Source: Candidatus Fraserbacteria bacterium (GTDB lineage Bacteria > Bipolaricaulota > Bipolaricaulia > RBG-16-55-9 > DRXL01). From it: 64,000 nucleotides of DNA. A program made the position numbers and the translations under genes. This document shows positions 49,151-58,265 of this stretch, piece after piece; position 1 is the stretch's first letter; every line of letters begins with the position of its first letter. The DNA is taken from positions 61,174 through 125,173 of the forward strand of contig CAMTVK010000005.1 in assembly GCA_947085185.1 (NCBI GenBank), read 5' to 3'. Below the pieces are notes generated by a model. The model saw only the letters and a list, made by a program, of their open reading frames with translations. It was not told the origin of the DNA and did no database searches.

Positions 49151-50344
49151 TTGCCAGAGACTTTTCTCTGTGATAGTCTTAAGTCTATGGGATGTCCCCA
49201 AGCCGTTGCAGATGTCATAGACTGTATAGACGTCCAGGCGATCATTCGTGAGAACGCTCAGATTCTCCGAGAGCACCGAGATCGCTCGCGGCGGTTCCCC
49301 CAGATCTATGAGCTCTATAACCCGACGGAGCTCATCAGCACGTTCTCGCATCTCACCCCCAACCTCCCCTTCGACGAAGTCTTCGGGAACTATCTCTTGC
49401 CCAAGATCGTCGAAGCAGCAGGATTGCGCCGTGACCAAGTCATCAATTGCGCTTATGATAATTATATCCCACGCACCGACACGCCCAAAGCCTATACGGT
49501 GCAATGGGGCATTGTCAACCCCAAAGTCCTAGACCCAGAGATCATTCCCAGCTTACAACAGGGGTTTTTCTATGATCCCAACGAGCTGATCAAGGACGGA
49601 CAAAACCGCGTCAAGAGCGCCCCGGAAGAGAACGTCGCAGTCTTTCGAGCGCGGTTCGACCAGCTCGAAGCTATCTTAAAGAGACACTCCGGCTCTGGGG
49701 ATGTGAGCGGACGGTTGCTGAAAATCCGCCAAGAGTTTTTGGCACTCCTCGAGATAGACGTCATCCCCGAAGTCGCGTACTCCAAAGCTCTCCAGAGCAA
49801 GACCGCCGATGTTCTTGAGGCACTGTATAAAGAAGGCTTCCCCTTCTGGGAGATGCCCGTCCCCGAAGAGAAATATATCAAAGACACGTTTTTGATCGAA
49901 GGGATTGATGCGAACAAGAAGCGTCGTCACGTGCGCTTCGAAGATGGACAGTTTCTCTTCGAGTATGCGCCCACCCACGAGAAGCGCATCCCTGCCGAAA
50001 AAATCTTCGATGCTCTCAGGAACTTCGAAGTGATCCCCACCATGCCCCTGGTGATCCTTGCGACCACGACGGCCCCGCAAATTCCCCATCTTGGGGGAGG
50101 AGTCTGGAAGCACTATGCGCCCAAGCATGTGGACGCGCAAGCTGCATGGCTCGGCGTTCCTGAGCGCAGCGATACGCTCATCCTGAGCACCGGCGGCCAT
50201 GTGCTGCTCAAGACGTTTCGGCGCAATGAGGAGTTCATCGGCTTCCCCGCGATCTATTTGACCTACGGGCCGGGACGCATCCGTGAAGCGCTGGAGAACG
50301 GCTTTCTCCGTCGGGTGGAGTTCAAGAGAGGAGTGCTGTTATGA
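49151..50344 (+). CDS. Hypothetical soluble protein (~390 aa)
   Basis: Long ORF with host-like codon usage; family not recognised. Confidence 0.75.
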   Translation: MPETFLCDSLKSMGCPQAVADVIDCIDVQAIIRENAQILREHRDRSRRFPQIYELYNPTELISTFSHLTPNLPFDEVFGNYLLPKIVEAAGLRRDQVINCAYDNYIPRTDTPKAYTVQWGIVNPKVLDPEIIPSLQQGFFYDPNELIKDGQNRVKSAPEENVAVFRARFDQLEAILKRHSGSGDVSGRLLKIRQEFLALLEIDVIPEVAYSKALQSKTADVLEALYKEGFPFWEMPVPEEKYIKDTFLIEGIDANKKRRHVRFEDGQFLFEYAPTHEKRIPAEKIFDALRNFEVIPTMPLVILATTTAPQIPHLGGGVWKHYAPKHVDAQAAWLGVPERSDTLILSTGGHVLLKTFRRNEEFIGFPAIYLTYGPGRIREALENGFLRRVEFKRGVLL

Positions 50345-50776
50345 GACGGTCACAACGGCTCTCTTGATCTCCAGCCCACGATGACGGATGCTCACCGTAT
50401 ACTGACCCGCTCGCATGCCCGTGATCTCGCCCTGATAAGAAGCGGAGCCGATACATTGAATGCACATGCTATTGGGGTCTTTGGGTGCTATCGCAGAGAT
50501 ATGGACGATCAGCTCTGATGGACGTGTGATCTCCAGCATGGCATCCAGCCGATGACACGGATTGGGCATGGTCATGTGGCCAGAGAATCTGATACTCCCG
50601 GGGCCGACTTGGACGTGGGCGTCATCGGGGCCACCGCCGCAGCTGGCATCCCCTTGGCGAAAGCTGAGCACCGGAGAGCCAGTGTCCACGGGGGAGCGAC
50701 AGCTTGGGAGCATCGCCAATCCCGTCAATGCGAGCGCCGTACTGAGAAACTTCCTGCGCGAGAGCATGACGATCAC
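50339..50776 (-). CDS. Tat-exported Cys-containing lipoprotein
   Basis: SRRKFL twin-Arg, LPSC lipobox, PNPC and CIQC motifs. Confidence 0.7.
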   Translation of the reverse strand: MIVMLSRRKFLSTALALTGLAMLPSCRSPVDTGSPVLSFRQGDASCGGGPDDAHVQVGPGSIRFSGHMTMPNPCHRLDAMLEITRPSELIVHISAIAPKDPNSMCIQCIGSASYQGEITGMRAGQYTVSIRHRGLEIKRAVVTVS

Positions 50777-51027
50777 CTCCGTCTTTTAGGGTTTTCGTGG
50801 GATTGTGTGTGCTTGCGAATCAAGACCTCCCAGACCCCAGAAGAGATCTCTGTGATCTGAAGGACCTCATGACCTTCGCGGCGCGCGTTCCCCGGCACAT
50901 CAATGCTCGCCAACACGTCATCAAGGAGAATTTTGAGCACTTGCCCCTCGGTCAGTTCTTCTAAAGCAATCTTAGTTTTGACGAACGTCATAGGGCACTG
51001 GACGCCCCGCAGATCGAGCACGGTCAT
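50773..51027 (-). CDS. tusA: TusA/SirA family sulfur carrier
   Basis: LDLRGVQCP, K.ALEEL..GQVL.ILLD. Confidence 0.88.
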   Translation of the reverse strand: MTVLDLRGVQCPMTFVKTKIALEELTEGQVLKILLDDVLASIDVPGNARREGHEVLQITEISSGVWEVLIRKHTQSHENPKRRR

Positions 51028-51959
51028 AGCTGCACTTTGCTCACGGTCTCTCGGACGATCTCTGCGGCCTTGTGCAATTGGGCCAGTTCGTCTTGGGTGA
51101 GCTTGAGCTTTAGAATTTTTTCAGCGCCGCGTGTCCCAAGCACAACGGGCACTCCCAAAAACACGTCTTTCAGGCCGTACTCACCCTGCAGGAGCACCGA
51201 GCTGGGAATGATGCGCTTTTTATCTAAGAGAATGCTCTCGACCATCGCGATGACGGCGGCCGAGGGCGCGTAATAGGCGCTGCCCTCGCCCAAGAGCTGC
51301 ACGATCTCTGTTCCGCCCTTGCGAGCTCGATCTACGAGCTTGGCGATCTGCGCCGCGTCGAGCAGATCGGTCAGGGGAATCCCGGCAACGCTCGAATATC
51401 GTGGCAGTGGGACCATTCCGACGTCGGTGTGGCCGCCGAGCACCAGCCCATGCACGTCCTCAGGAGAGACGCCGAGCTCTAGAGCAATAAATGTCCTCCA
51501 GCGCGCGGAGTCGAGCGCTCCTCCTTGGCCAATGATGCGCTCCCGTGGGAATTGTGTCACTCTGTGAGCGACGTAGACCATCGCGTCCAAGGGGTTGCTG
51601 AAGATAATGAAGATCGCGTTTGGGGAATATGTGGCGGCTTGTTCGGCGCAGCTTCTCACGATCTTCGTGTTGATATGTAATAGATCTTCGCGAGTCATGC
51701 CGGGCTTTCGGGGCACCCCTGCGGTGATCACGACGATCTGGGAATTTTCAGTATCTTTGTACTCACTCGTGCCGATGATGCGGGTGCTGAAGCCGACGAG
51801 TGGGCCTGCTTGGAGCATATCGAGCGCTTTGCCTTTGGTGGGATTTTCGCGGTCTGGGATGTCGAGCATCACGACATCACAGAGATTTTTTTCGACGAGG
51901 CGCTGGGCCATGGTCGCGCCGGTGGCTCCGGCTCCGATAATCGAGACTTTCGGTCGCAT
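51024..51959 (-). CDS. mdh: Malate dehydrogenase (LDH-like)
   Basis: IIGAGATG, TAGVPRKPGMTREDL, SNPLD, LDSAR, GSAYYAP. Confidence 0.95.
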   Translation of the reverse strand: MRPKVSIIGAGATGATMAQRLVEKNLCDVVMLDIPDRENPTKGKALDMLQAGPLVGFSTRIIGTSEYKDTENSQIVVITAGVPRKPGMTREDLLHINTKIVRSCAEQAATYSPNAIFIIFSNPLDAMVYVAHRVTQFPRERIIGQGGALDSARWRTFIALELGVSPEDVHGLVLGGHTDVGMVPLPRYSSVAGIPLTDLLDAAQIAKLVDRARKGGTEIVQLLGEGSAYYAPSAAVIAMVESILLDKKRIIPSSVLLQGEYGLKDVFLGVPVVLGTRGAEKILKLKLTQDELAQLHKAAEIVRETVSKVQL

Positions 51960-52051
51960 AGAGACTCTCCTTACTGGGATTGTACTTTAGGGTACCTACA
52001 CTATAGCAAAATTTTTCAAACCCACCCACTCTGCGCTACAATATTTGTGCT

Positions 52052-52792
52052 ATGAAGAAGCTTGACACCAAAACAGAGCGGACCCTCGAAAGATTCACGC
52101 ACGAGATCCAAACCCTCTACGGCGATGAGCTCGTCTCGGTGATTCTCTACGGCAGCGCCGCGGGCAGGGATTTCGTCCCCGATAGATCGGATCTCAACTT
52201 TCTTATAGTGCTGAAAAGAGTCACCCCGGAGGCCCTGCGCAAGGCGATGCCGTCCATCACAGCATGGCACCGCCAGCGCATCGCAACCCCGCTCTTTATG
52301 GACCCAGAATTTCTCCAGAGCTCACTTGACGTCTTCCCCATCGAATTCCTCGAGATGCAAGAGCAGCACCGGCTCTTGGCAGGCACAGACATCTTGCTTA
52401 ATTTAAAAATATCTCCCAAGAACTTGCGCCTCCAGTGCGAAGAGGAGCTCAAGGGCAAGCTGCTCACCCTGCGCCGAGCCTATATAGAGACCGCCGGAAG
52501 CGTCGCAGCCCTCGAAGAGCTCATGACGCACTCGCTCAAGTCGTTTCTTATCGTGACGAGATACCTCCTGCGCCTCAAGGGGCTCCAGCCCGCCCACGAA
52601 TTTCTCGAGATCTTAGTCCAAGCCGAAGAGACTTTTAAGCTCTCTCTCGAAGGGATCCGAGACGTTCACAGCATACGCCTAGGGGCAGCACGCCTTGAAA
52701 AATCCGAAGCTCATAGACTCTTTGAGCGCTACTTGGCAGACCTCGAACAATTGGTCGCTTGTGCGGATCGTATCTTCCAAGAGACGCCATGA
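52052..52792 (+). CDS. Pol-beta-like nucleotidyltransferase domain protein
   Basis: SVILYGSAA, SDLNFLIV, DVFPIEF, LRLQCE.EL.GK. Confidence 0.82.
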   Translation: MKKLDTKTERTLERFTHEIQTLYGDELVSVILYGSAAGRDFVPDRSDLNFLIVLKRVTPEALRKAMPSITAWHRQRIATPLFMDPEFLQSSLDVFPIEFLEMQEQHRLLAGTDILLNLKISPKNLRLQCEEELKGKLLTLRRAYIETAGSVAALEELMTHSLKSFLIVTRYLLRLKGLQPAHEFLEILVQAEETFKLSLEGIRDVHSIRLGAARLEKSEAHRLFERYLADLEQLVACADRIFQETP

Positions 52793-53565
52793 GAACTCTC
52801 ACCGTGACAGTCTGGAGTGTGTGCGTGCTCAGCTCAGCCCTGCAGGCTCAGCCCTCAGTGCCGGAGATCCCCACTCCCCAAGGGTACGTCTCGGATTACG
52901 CGGGGATTCTCAGCGGGCAGATGCGCGACCAGCTCACGGCACTGCTGCAAGAGCTCGAGCAAAAGACGACAGCTCAAATCGCCGTCTTGACGGTGACGAC
53001 AACGCACCCTCATGATGATTTTCAGTATGCTGTGAAGGTCTTCGACAGTTGGAAGATCGGGCAGAAGGGCAAGGACAACGGAGCGCTCTTCTTTGTAGCT
53101 GTCGAAGATCGTCGGGTGCGGATTGTGACGGGCTACGGCCTAGAAGGGATTCTGCCCGACGGCAAGGTCGGCGCGATCTTGGACGAGTTTGTGCTGCCGC
53201 AGTTCCGTCAGGGGCGCTTCGACGAGGGGATCTATAAGGGCGTCTGGGCGGTCGCTTTGGTCATCGCCAAGGACGCAGGGGTGGAGCTCACCGGCCAAGC
53301 CCCCGTTGATGTGGAGCGTCTCTCTGAGAGGCCCTCTCCCATAGCGTTGATTATTGCGCTCATCGTGATATTTTTTATAGTGAGTCTTATGATGCGGGGT
53401 GCTCGGCCCAGGCAGCGGGGGACAGCGATCCCGTGGTGGATTTCCGGCTCAGGAGGAGGAGGGAGATCGAGCTGGGGGAGTTTTCGTGGGGGATTCAGTC
53501 GTGGTGGCTTTGGGGGATTTGGTGGTGGGCGCACCGGTGGCGGTGGCGCCGGACGGGGCTGGTGA
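52789..53565 (+). CDS. TPM domain (YgcG-like) membrane protein
   Basis: VSDYAGIL, WKIGQKGKDNG, TGYGLEG.LPD, Gly-rich tail GGFGGG..GGGGA. Confidence 0.9.
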   Translation: MRTLTVTVWSVCVLSSALQAQPSVPEIPTPQGYVSDYAGILSGQMRDQLTALLQELEQKTTAQIAVLTVTTTHPHDDFQYAVKVFDSWKIGQKGKDNGALFFVAVEDRRVRIVTGYGLEGILPDGKVGAILDEFVLPQFRQGRFDEGIYKGVWAVALVIAKDAGVELTGQAPVDVERLSERPSPIALIIALIVIFFIVSLMMRGARPRQRGTAIPWWISGSGGGGRSSWGSFRGGFSRGGFGGFGGGRTGGGGAGRGW

Positions 53566-53608
53566 GAAGTGCATAGTTTGAAATTCCAAAGAAAGCAAGG
53601 AGGTCACC

Positions 53609-54202
53609 ATGCGCAAAGGCCTATGGATCACACTTGGGGTGTTGGTCGTCTTAGGGATTGCGGCGTACTCGCTCTTTGCCGGGACGTATAATCAATTCGT
53701 CACCCAACACGAAGAGATCAGACAGAGATGGGCCCAAGTAGACAATCAGCTCCAGCGGCGCAATGACTTGATCCCAAACTTAGTCGAGACGGTGAAGGGC
53801 TTTGCTGGGCAGGAGCTCACGATCTTTCGGGAGATCGCGCAAGCCCGGACCAAGTACGGCAGCGCGGTGCAGATCTCTGATAAAATCGGGGCAGCCAATG
53901 AGCTGGGCAGCGCTCTGGCAAGACTCTTAGTGATCGTGGAAAACTATCCGACGCTCAAGTCCGATCAGACGTTTATCAGATTGATGGACGAGCTGGCGGG
54001 CACGGAGAATCGCTTAGCCGTCGAACGCCAGCGCTATAACGAAGCCGTGCAGGCGTATAACGCGAACTTGCGCCGGTTCCCCAATAACTTCTTAGCGCAG
54101 CTTTATGGCTTTCAGACAGCTGCGTACTATGAAGTGCCGCCGGAGGCCAAGGTCGTGCCCCCGGTGACGTTCACGCCGCCCGTGCCGCCGAGGGAGCCGT
54201 AA
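53609..54202 (+). CDS. lemA: LemA family protein
   Basis: QRR.DLIPNLVETVKG, ENYP.LKS, ELAGTENR. Confidence 0.95.
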   Translation: MRKGLWITLGVLVVLGIAAYSLFAGTYNQFVTQHEEIRQRWAQVDNQLQRRNDLIPNLVETVKGFAGQELTIFREIAQARTKYGSAVQISDKIGAANELGSALARLLVIVENYPTLKSDQTFIRLMDELAGTENRLAVERQRYNEAVQAYNANLRRFPNNFLAQLYGFQTAAYYEVPPEAKVVPPVTFTPPVPPREP

Positions 54203-54203
54203 A

Positions 54204-54530
54204 TTATTTATAGAAATCGCACAGTGGGCAGCGCCACTCCGTGCCGTCGGGGCGTTCGGGGTGGCGCGTGTTGTCCAAATCCTGCTTGAGCTGGTGATAG
54301 AGCAGGCACTGCCGGTGGAACGCCTCTTCGGGGGTCTCGCAGTAATCAAACTGGAAGTATCGGTAGCTTCGTCCCAGCCACTTGAGGAGTTTATCGCGTA
54401 TATCGCGGTCGTCGCGCCCTAAAAAACGCGGCTGTCCCCCCTGCACCGTGTACAGCAGAAAGACCCCGGGCTGCGGTTGGCGCACCATCTGTTTGATCAT
54501 GCGGTCGTTGAGCAAGAAGGGCCCGCGAAT
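54204..54530 (-). CDS. Small GIY-YIG-like protein with C-terminal CPxC (start uncertain: ATT 54530 or TTG 54515)
   Basis: RGPF.L, PGVFLL, FLGRDD, AF...C.LYH, LDN..HP.RP, W.CPLC. Confidence 0.6.
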   Translation of the reverse strand: MRGPFLLNDRMIKQMVRQPQPGVFLLYTVQGGQPRFLGRDDRDIRDKLLKWLGRSYRYFQFDYCETPEEAFHRQCLLYHQLKQDLDNTRHPERPDGTEWRCPLCDFYK

Positions 54531-54615
54531 AGCCCATCACTCCCCTTTCGTCTGGTGTGTTGATTATAAAGCGAACGGGTTGAACTCCGCAAATCCCAGG
54601 GAGAGAGGCGCGTGC

Positions 54616-54644
54616 TTGCATAAGGAGACTCGATGTGCTATAGT
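54616..54644 (+). promoter_or_regulatory. Sigma70 promoter for tRNA-Pro
   Basis: TTGCAT-17nt-TATAGT with extended -10 TG. Confidence 0.7.
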
Positions 54645-54653
54645 TCAAGAGAT

Positions 54654-54730
54654 CGGGATGTGGCGCAGCCTGGTAGCGCACACGCTTGGGGTGCGTGGGG
54701 TCGCGGGTTCAAATCCCGCCATCCCGACCA
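54654..54730 (+). tRNA. tRNA-Pro(GGG)
   Basis: CGGGATG/CATCCCG stem, loop TT-GGG-GT, GTTCAAATC, encoded CCA. Confidence 0.95.
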
Positions 54731-54841
54731 GCAGGTCTCAGTTTGATCCCGCCGCTGTCTCGGTCATCTCGTAGCGTCATAGGGTCACGGGCTCATTCGA
54801 CGAGTCAGATTCTAGCGAATCAGGCGGTGATCCCTCCCATC

Positions 54842-55501
54842 TCAGGGATTTCTATACAGAGCCAAATTATCTAAATTGACCTTTAACTCATTAGACACTC
54901 GCTTACACAACCGTATAAAAAGATCGTACTTTTCCTTAATGTCTCCAGCAGGAATCCTCGGTAACTGATCAGGGCGCATCTTTTGAGCCTCGGTAGGTAT
55001 TGGATATCGGCCTCCCCACTCTACGAATTTTGAAAGATTAGAAACAAGCTCGCTCTCCTCAGAACTCAACGGGAGTTTTACTTGCTGGGCCAACTTGATG
55101 AGATTATGGGTCTTTAACTTCTCGTCGAGCGTCTTATCCTTCTTTTGCTCCGGCGGGGGAATTTTAGCAATAAAGAGAGCCTTAAGCATGTTCTCTAATG
55201 CTAACCCAGCAAGCATCGCCCATATAAAATGTTGATGCAAGTAGATCAGATCATCGCTTTTGATTCCACTTACTATAGCTTCCCCTACGTTCTCTCCCCT
55301 TTTACGAAATTCCTGCTCATCACGATAATAAGCATTCCAAACGAGTTCGGCTGCCCGTAATAACTGCACTCCCCATGCGCACCATGATCCTTCTGACCAA
55401 TGCTCTGTCTGAAACAAGGTCTCTGCAAGTTCATTCATTGTCTTTTCATGTTCAGCCATTGCCTTTGCATGCTCATCCATTGGATCAGTGTTTTGGGTCA
55501 C
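54842..55501 (-). CDS. HEPN-like hypothetical protein (AT-rich)
   Basis: ALENMLKA, KTHNL..LA, WGGRYP pattern; GGAGG RBS before GTG. Confidence 0.6.
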   Translation of the reverse strand: MTQNTDPMDEHAKAMAEHEKTMNELAETLFQTEHWSEGSWCAWGVQLLRAAELVWNAYYRDEQEFRKRGENVGEAIVSGIKSDDLIYLHQHFIWAMLAGLALENMLKALFIAKIPPPEQKKDKTLDEKLKTHNLIKLAQQVKLPLSSEESELVSNLSKFVEWGGRYPIPTEAQKMRPDQLPRIPAGDIKEKYDLFIRLCKRVSNELKVNLDNLALYRNP

Positions 55502-55705
55502 GATCTTCGACCTCCCGTGTGAATGCCTGCGACGATTCATTCCCACTTGGCTCTGTAGAAATCCTCCGCTGAAGAAAGTATAGCAGACGGCGCAAGAGCC
55601 AGGCAAGGAAGGTCACCCCGGCATCACCGCCCGCTCCACAGCCATTCGGTCACCTCAAGGAGTCGCCAGATCATAACTGCGCAACGGAAGCACGGAGGCA
55701 ACGCC

Positions 55706-55936
55706 CTCCAGACGGGCCTCAATAATATGGGCGCGATCTTTCACCCAGCCTTGACGCTCTTAAATGCCGGATGGATTGAGTCCACCAAGGGGAATTTTCA
55801 GTTTTATATTGACGGGGTGACGCCCTCGACGGCACGCGTCTTAGAAGTTCTCGACCGGGAACGAGTGACTATCGCAGCGGCCCTGGGCATTCGAGCGACG
55901 ACAGCGCTAGAATGGCTGAAGATGGCTTACGACGCC
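55706..55936 (+). pseudogene. Internal fragment of an octopine/nopaline (opine) dehydrogenase
   Basis: GLNNMGAIFHP...LNAGWIE...FQFY.DGVTP...LDRER..IA.ALG; no Rossmann N-terminus and no C-terminus. Confidence 0.75.
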
Positions 55937-56067
55937 AAATCAGCCGATGGAGCAGCGGGCGCAGCAGCGTCGCCGCCAGAAAAGCCCCAACGAAGAAGCC
56001 TGCGGTCTGTTATAAAGCACTCCCCCGAGAATGAGGGCGCTGAGCAAGTCAAGCCCCATGGCTACCC

Positions 56068-56511
56068 CTAATCTCGTGGTTCAGCCCTGCCAAAGAAGGC
56101 GAGCAATTTGTCTACTACCAAATCCTGAAAATCATTCACCCGAACCAACGGGGTTTCCACCGGAGGAGCCAAGCGATAGGGGGAATCATAAGCGAATTGA
56201 ACCCGCACTGTCTCTTCTTTCCATCCCAGCTCAAGCTCAGCCAAGATCTCCAGCCGGCGGATGACCGTAACAGAAAAACTTTTTTGAGCAAAGCTGACTT
56301 CTGCTATCCGTGAGAACGGAACGACGAGCCTCTGCTCGGTGGTGAAAAGATCTAGATCGAATGAGCGGCGATGGCCAAGATAGAACTCTGCGAGTGCAGT
56401 GCCCCCGGTTAAATAGAAGTGCTCCGCATCCGGCAATTGTTGGAATGCCTTGAGGATCTCCTTCTGGGCTTCGGTGAGTACCCCTCTACTGTGGGGCTCT
56501 CTGGGATTCAT
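56068..56511 (-). pseudogene. AbiEii/AbiGii nucleotidyltransferase toxin, C-terminally truncated
   Basis: FYLTGGTALAEFYLGHR.S.DLDLF; ends at DKLLAFFGRAEPRD*, before the usual second Asp and helical tail. Confidence 0.75.
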
Positions 56512-56716
56512 GGGAGAAATAATCTTCCCATAAGCGCCGAACATGGGGCGGCAGATTCAGCTCTGGGAGCAGCTGCCGGACTTCCTGCCAATCAAGTGCG
56601 GCCACGTCTTCTGCCCGTCCATGGATGAGGACCTGCTGGATCCACCAGCGACGCTGCCAGGGGTCCGTTAGGTCAATCTCTCTCTTCGACCAGACGAGGT
56701 GCCGTTGGATTGCCAT
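56486..56716 (-). CDS. Small antitoxin-like partner of AbiEii (DUF6922-like)
   Basis: LVWS...D, W.IQQVL.HG..EDV; overlaps the toxin start; AAGGAG RBS. Confidence 0.65.
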   Translation of the reverse strand: MAIQRHLVWSKREIDLTDPWQRRWWIQQVLIHGRAEDVAALDWQEVRQLLPELNLPPHVRRLWEDYFSHESQRAPQ

Positions 56717-56838
56717 CTCAAGGTCTCCTTCTCATGGGCTATGCTCCTCACCAAGGTTATCTTGTCAGCTCTTCTCTGTCAAACGGAGCAGCCAGGACGC
56801 CAGAGATTTGCTAAACTGAGTGAGAAAGGGGGATCGTC

Positions 56839-57531
56839 ATGGAACTCATCGAGGTCAAAGTCTTAGACAGAGGCTTCGTACGGCTCATTGATTTTATGGG
56901 CGGAGACGAGAGGGTCGTCTTGGCGGCGCGGGTCTCCACGGGCAAGGGGCTCAAGGGCGAAGAGCAAGACCGCAAACTCATCCATTATTTAATGAAGCAT
57001 CATCACGAGACGCCGTTTGAGCACTCGGTCTTTCAGTTTCAGATCTCGTGCCCGCTCTTTGTGGCACGTCAATGGTTTCGGCATAGAGTCGCTTCATACA
57101 ACGAGCGCTCAGGAAGATATGTCGAGTATGAAGACGAATTTTATCTTCCCGACAGATTGCGTCTCCAAGCGAAGTCCAACAAGCAAGCCAGCGAGTTCGG
57201 CGAGATCCCCAACGAGCAAGAGCTCATCCAAATGATCCAAGAGACGTACGATCTCGTCTATGAGCGCTATAAGAGACTCTTAGCTTCTGGGGTGGCGCGG
57301 GAGCTGGCGCGCGCGATCTTGCCCTTGTCGCTCTATACGCAGTTTTATTGGACGATCAATGCGCGGTCGTTGATGAATTTTATCAATCTGCGGGCTGACG
57401 CTGGGGCGCAGTGGGAGATCCGCCAGTACGCTGAAGCGATCGCTCAGGTCTTTAAAGCAAAGATGCCTTGGACATGGGAGGCGTTCGTGCAATATATGTG
57501 GCGCGGGGAGAACCCGGCGATCAAGCTGTAA
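56839..57531 (+). CDS. thyX: FAD-dependent thymidylate synthase
   Basis: HETPFEH, VARQWFRHR..SYNE.SGRY, ARELAR..LP, AQWEIR. Confidence 0.96.
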   Translation: MELIEVKVLDRGFVRLIDFMGGDERVVLAARVSTGKGLKGEEQDRKLIHYLMKHHHETPFEHSVFQFQISCPLFVARQWFRHRVASYNERSGRYVEYEDEFYLPDRLRLQAKSNKQASEFGEIPNEQELIQMIQETYDLVYERYKRLLASGVARELARAILPLSLYTQFYWTINARSLMNFINLRADAGAQWEIRQYAEAIAQVFKAKMPWTWEAFVQYMWRGENPAIKL

Positions 57532-57539
57532 GCGACCAG

Positions 57540-57680
57540 ATGAGCTCAAAATCTATCGAGAACTATATCATTAAGGATCACGCTCGATTCGAGATGGAAC
57601 GGCGTGGTATCATTGACCGTGATCCAGCCGAGGTAGTGACGGTGTATAGAACAAGCAAGATTGAAAAGTACTGGAGGTGA
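57540..57680 (+). pseudogene. DUF4258-like toxin with internal deletion
   Basis: HARFEMERRGI joined directly to DRDPAEVVTVYRTSKIEKYW; only 46 aa. Confidence 0.65.
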
Positions 57681-57685
57681 ACGTT

Positions 57686-57883
57686 ATGAGGGTTATATAT
57701 GATCCTGAGACTGATACGCTGACGATGATCCTAAAAGAAGGGCCCGTTGCCGAGAGTGATGAGGGCAAGCCGGGAATCATTCTTGATTATGACGAGGAGG
57801 GCAATCTGGTATCGCTAGAGATTCTCGATGCTTCGCGGCGTGTGGCCAAGCCGCGCAGCATCGAATTTGAGATGGCCAAATGA
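57686..57883 (+). CDS. DUF2283 domain protein (antitoxin-like)
   Basis: YDPETD.L, GIILDYD..G.LV.LEILDAS; GGAGGTG RBS. Confidence 0.85.
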   Translation: MRVIYDPETDTLTMILKEGPVAESDEGKPGIILDYDEEGNLVSLEILDASRRVAKPRSIEFEMAK

Positions 57884-57890
57884 AACTGTC

Positions 57891-58237
57891 ATGGCCGAGT
57901 TGATCTGGGAGGGCAAGTACGACAAAGACGGCAAGAAGACGGCTCCGTTACGGATTGCGCTCCCGTTCCAGACCGTCGAGACGGTCAACGAGTCGGCGCA
58001 AGAGCGTCAGAAGTCTTTGGAGCTTTTTCGCACCGGGCGCAGCGCCGAGTGGCGTAACCGTCTGATCTGGGGTGATAAAAAGTACGTCCTGCCCAGTCTC
58101 TTGCCGGAGTTCGCGGGCCAAGTCAATCTCATTTATATTGACCCGCCGTTTGACACCGGGGCAGACTTTTCGTTCCAGGTCTGTTCTCTTGTGCGAGCTG
58201 CTCCACGAGACGGGTAGTATCTATGTGTATGAAGCTA
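57891..58237 (+). pseudogene. Remnant of an adenine DNA methyltransferase (Mod-like)
   Basis: LIWEGKYD, NRLIWGD, LIYIDPPF, then out-of-frame LLCELLHETGSIYV, then truncation. Confidence 0.8.
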
Positions 58238-58265
58238 GTTATGATTAAAGCTCGGAGGTACTCTT

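Noticed and set aside
54711..54730. tRNA-Pro 3' end as attL of an integrated element
   Set aside because: No second copy seen by eye in the window and no integrase
54823..55631. 9-bp inverted repeat GGCGGTGAT/ATCACCGCC around the HEPN-like ORF
   Set aside because: Too short to exclude chance; no target-site duplication
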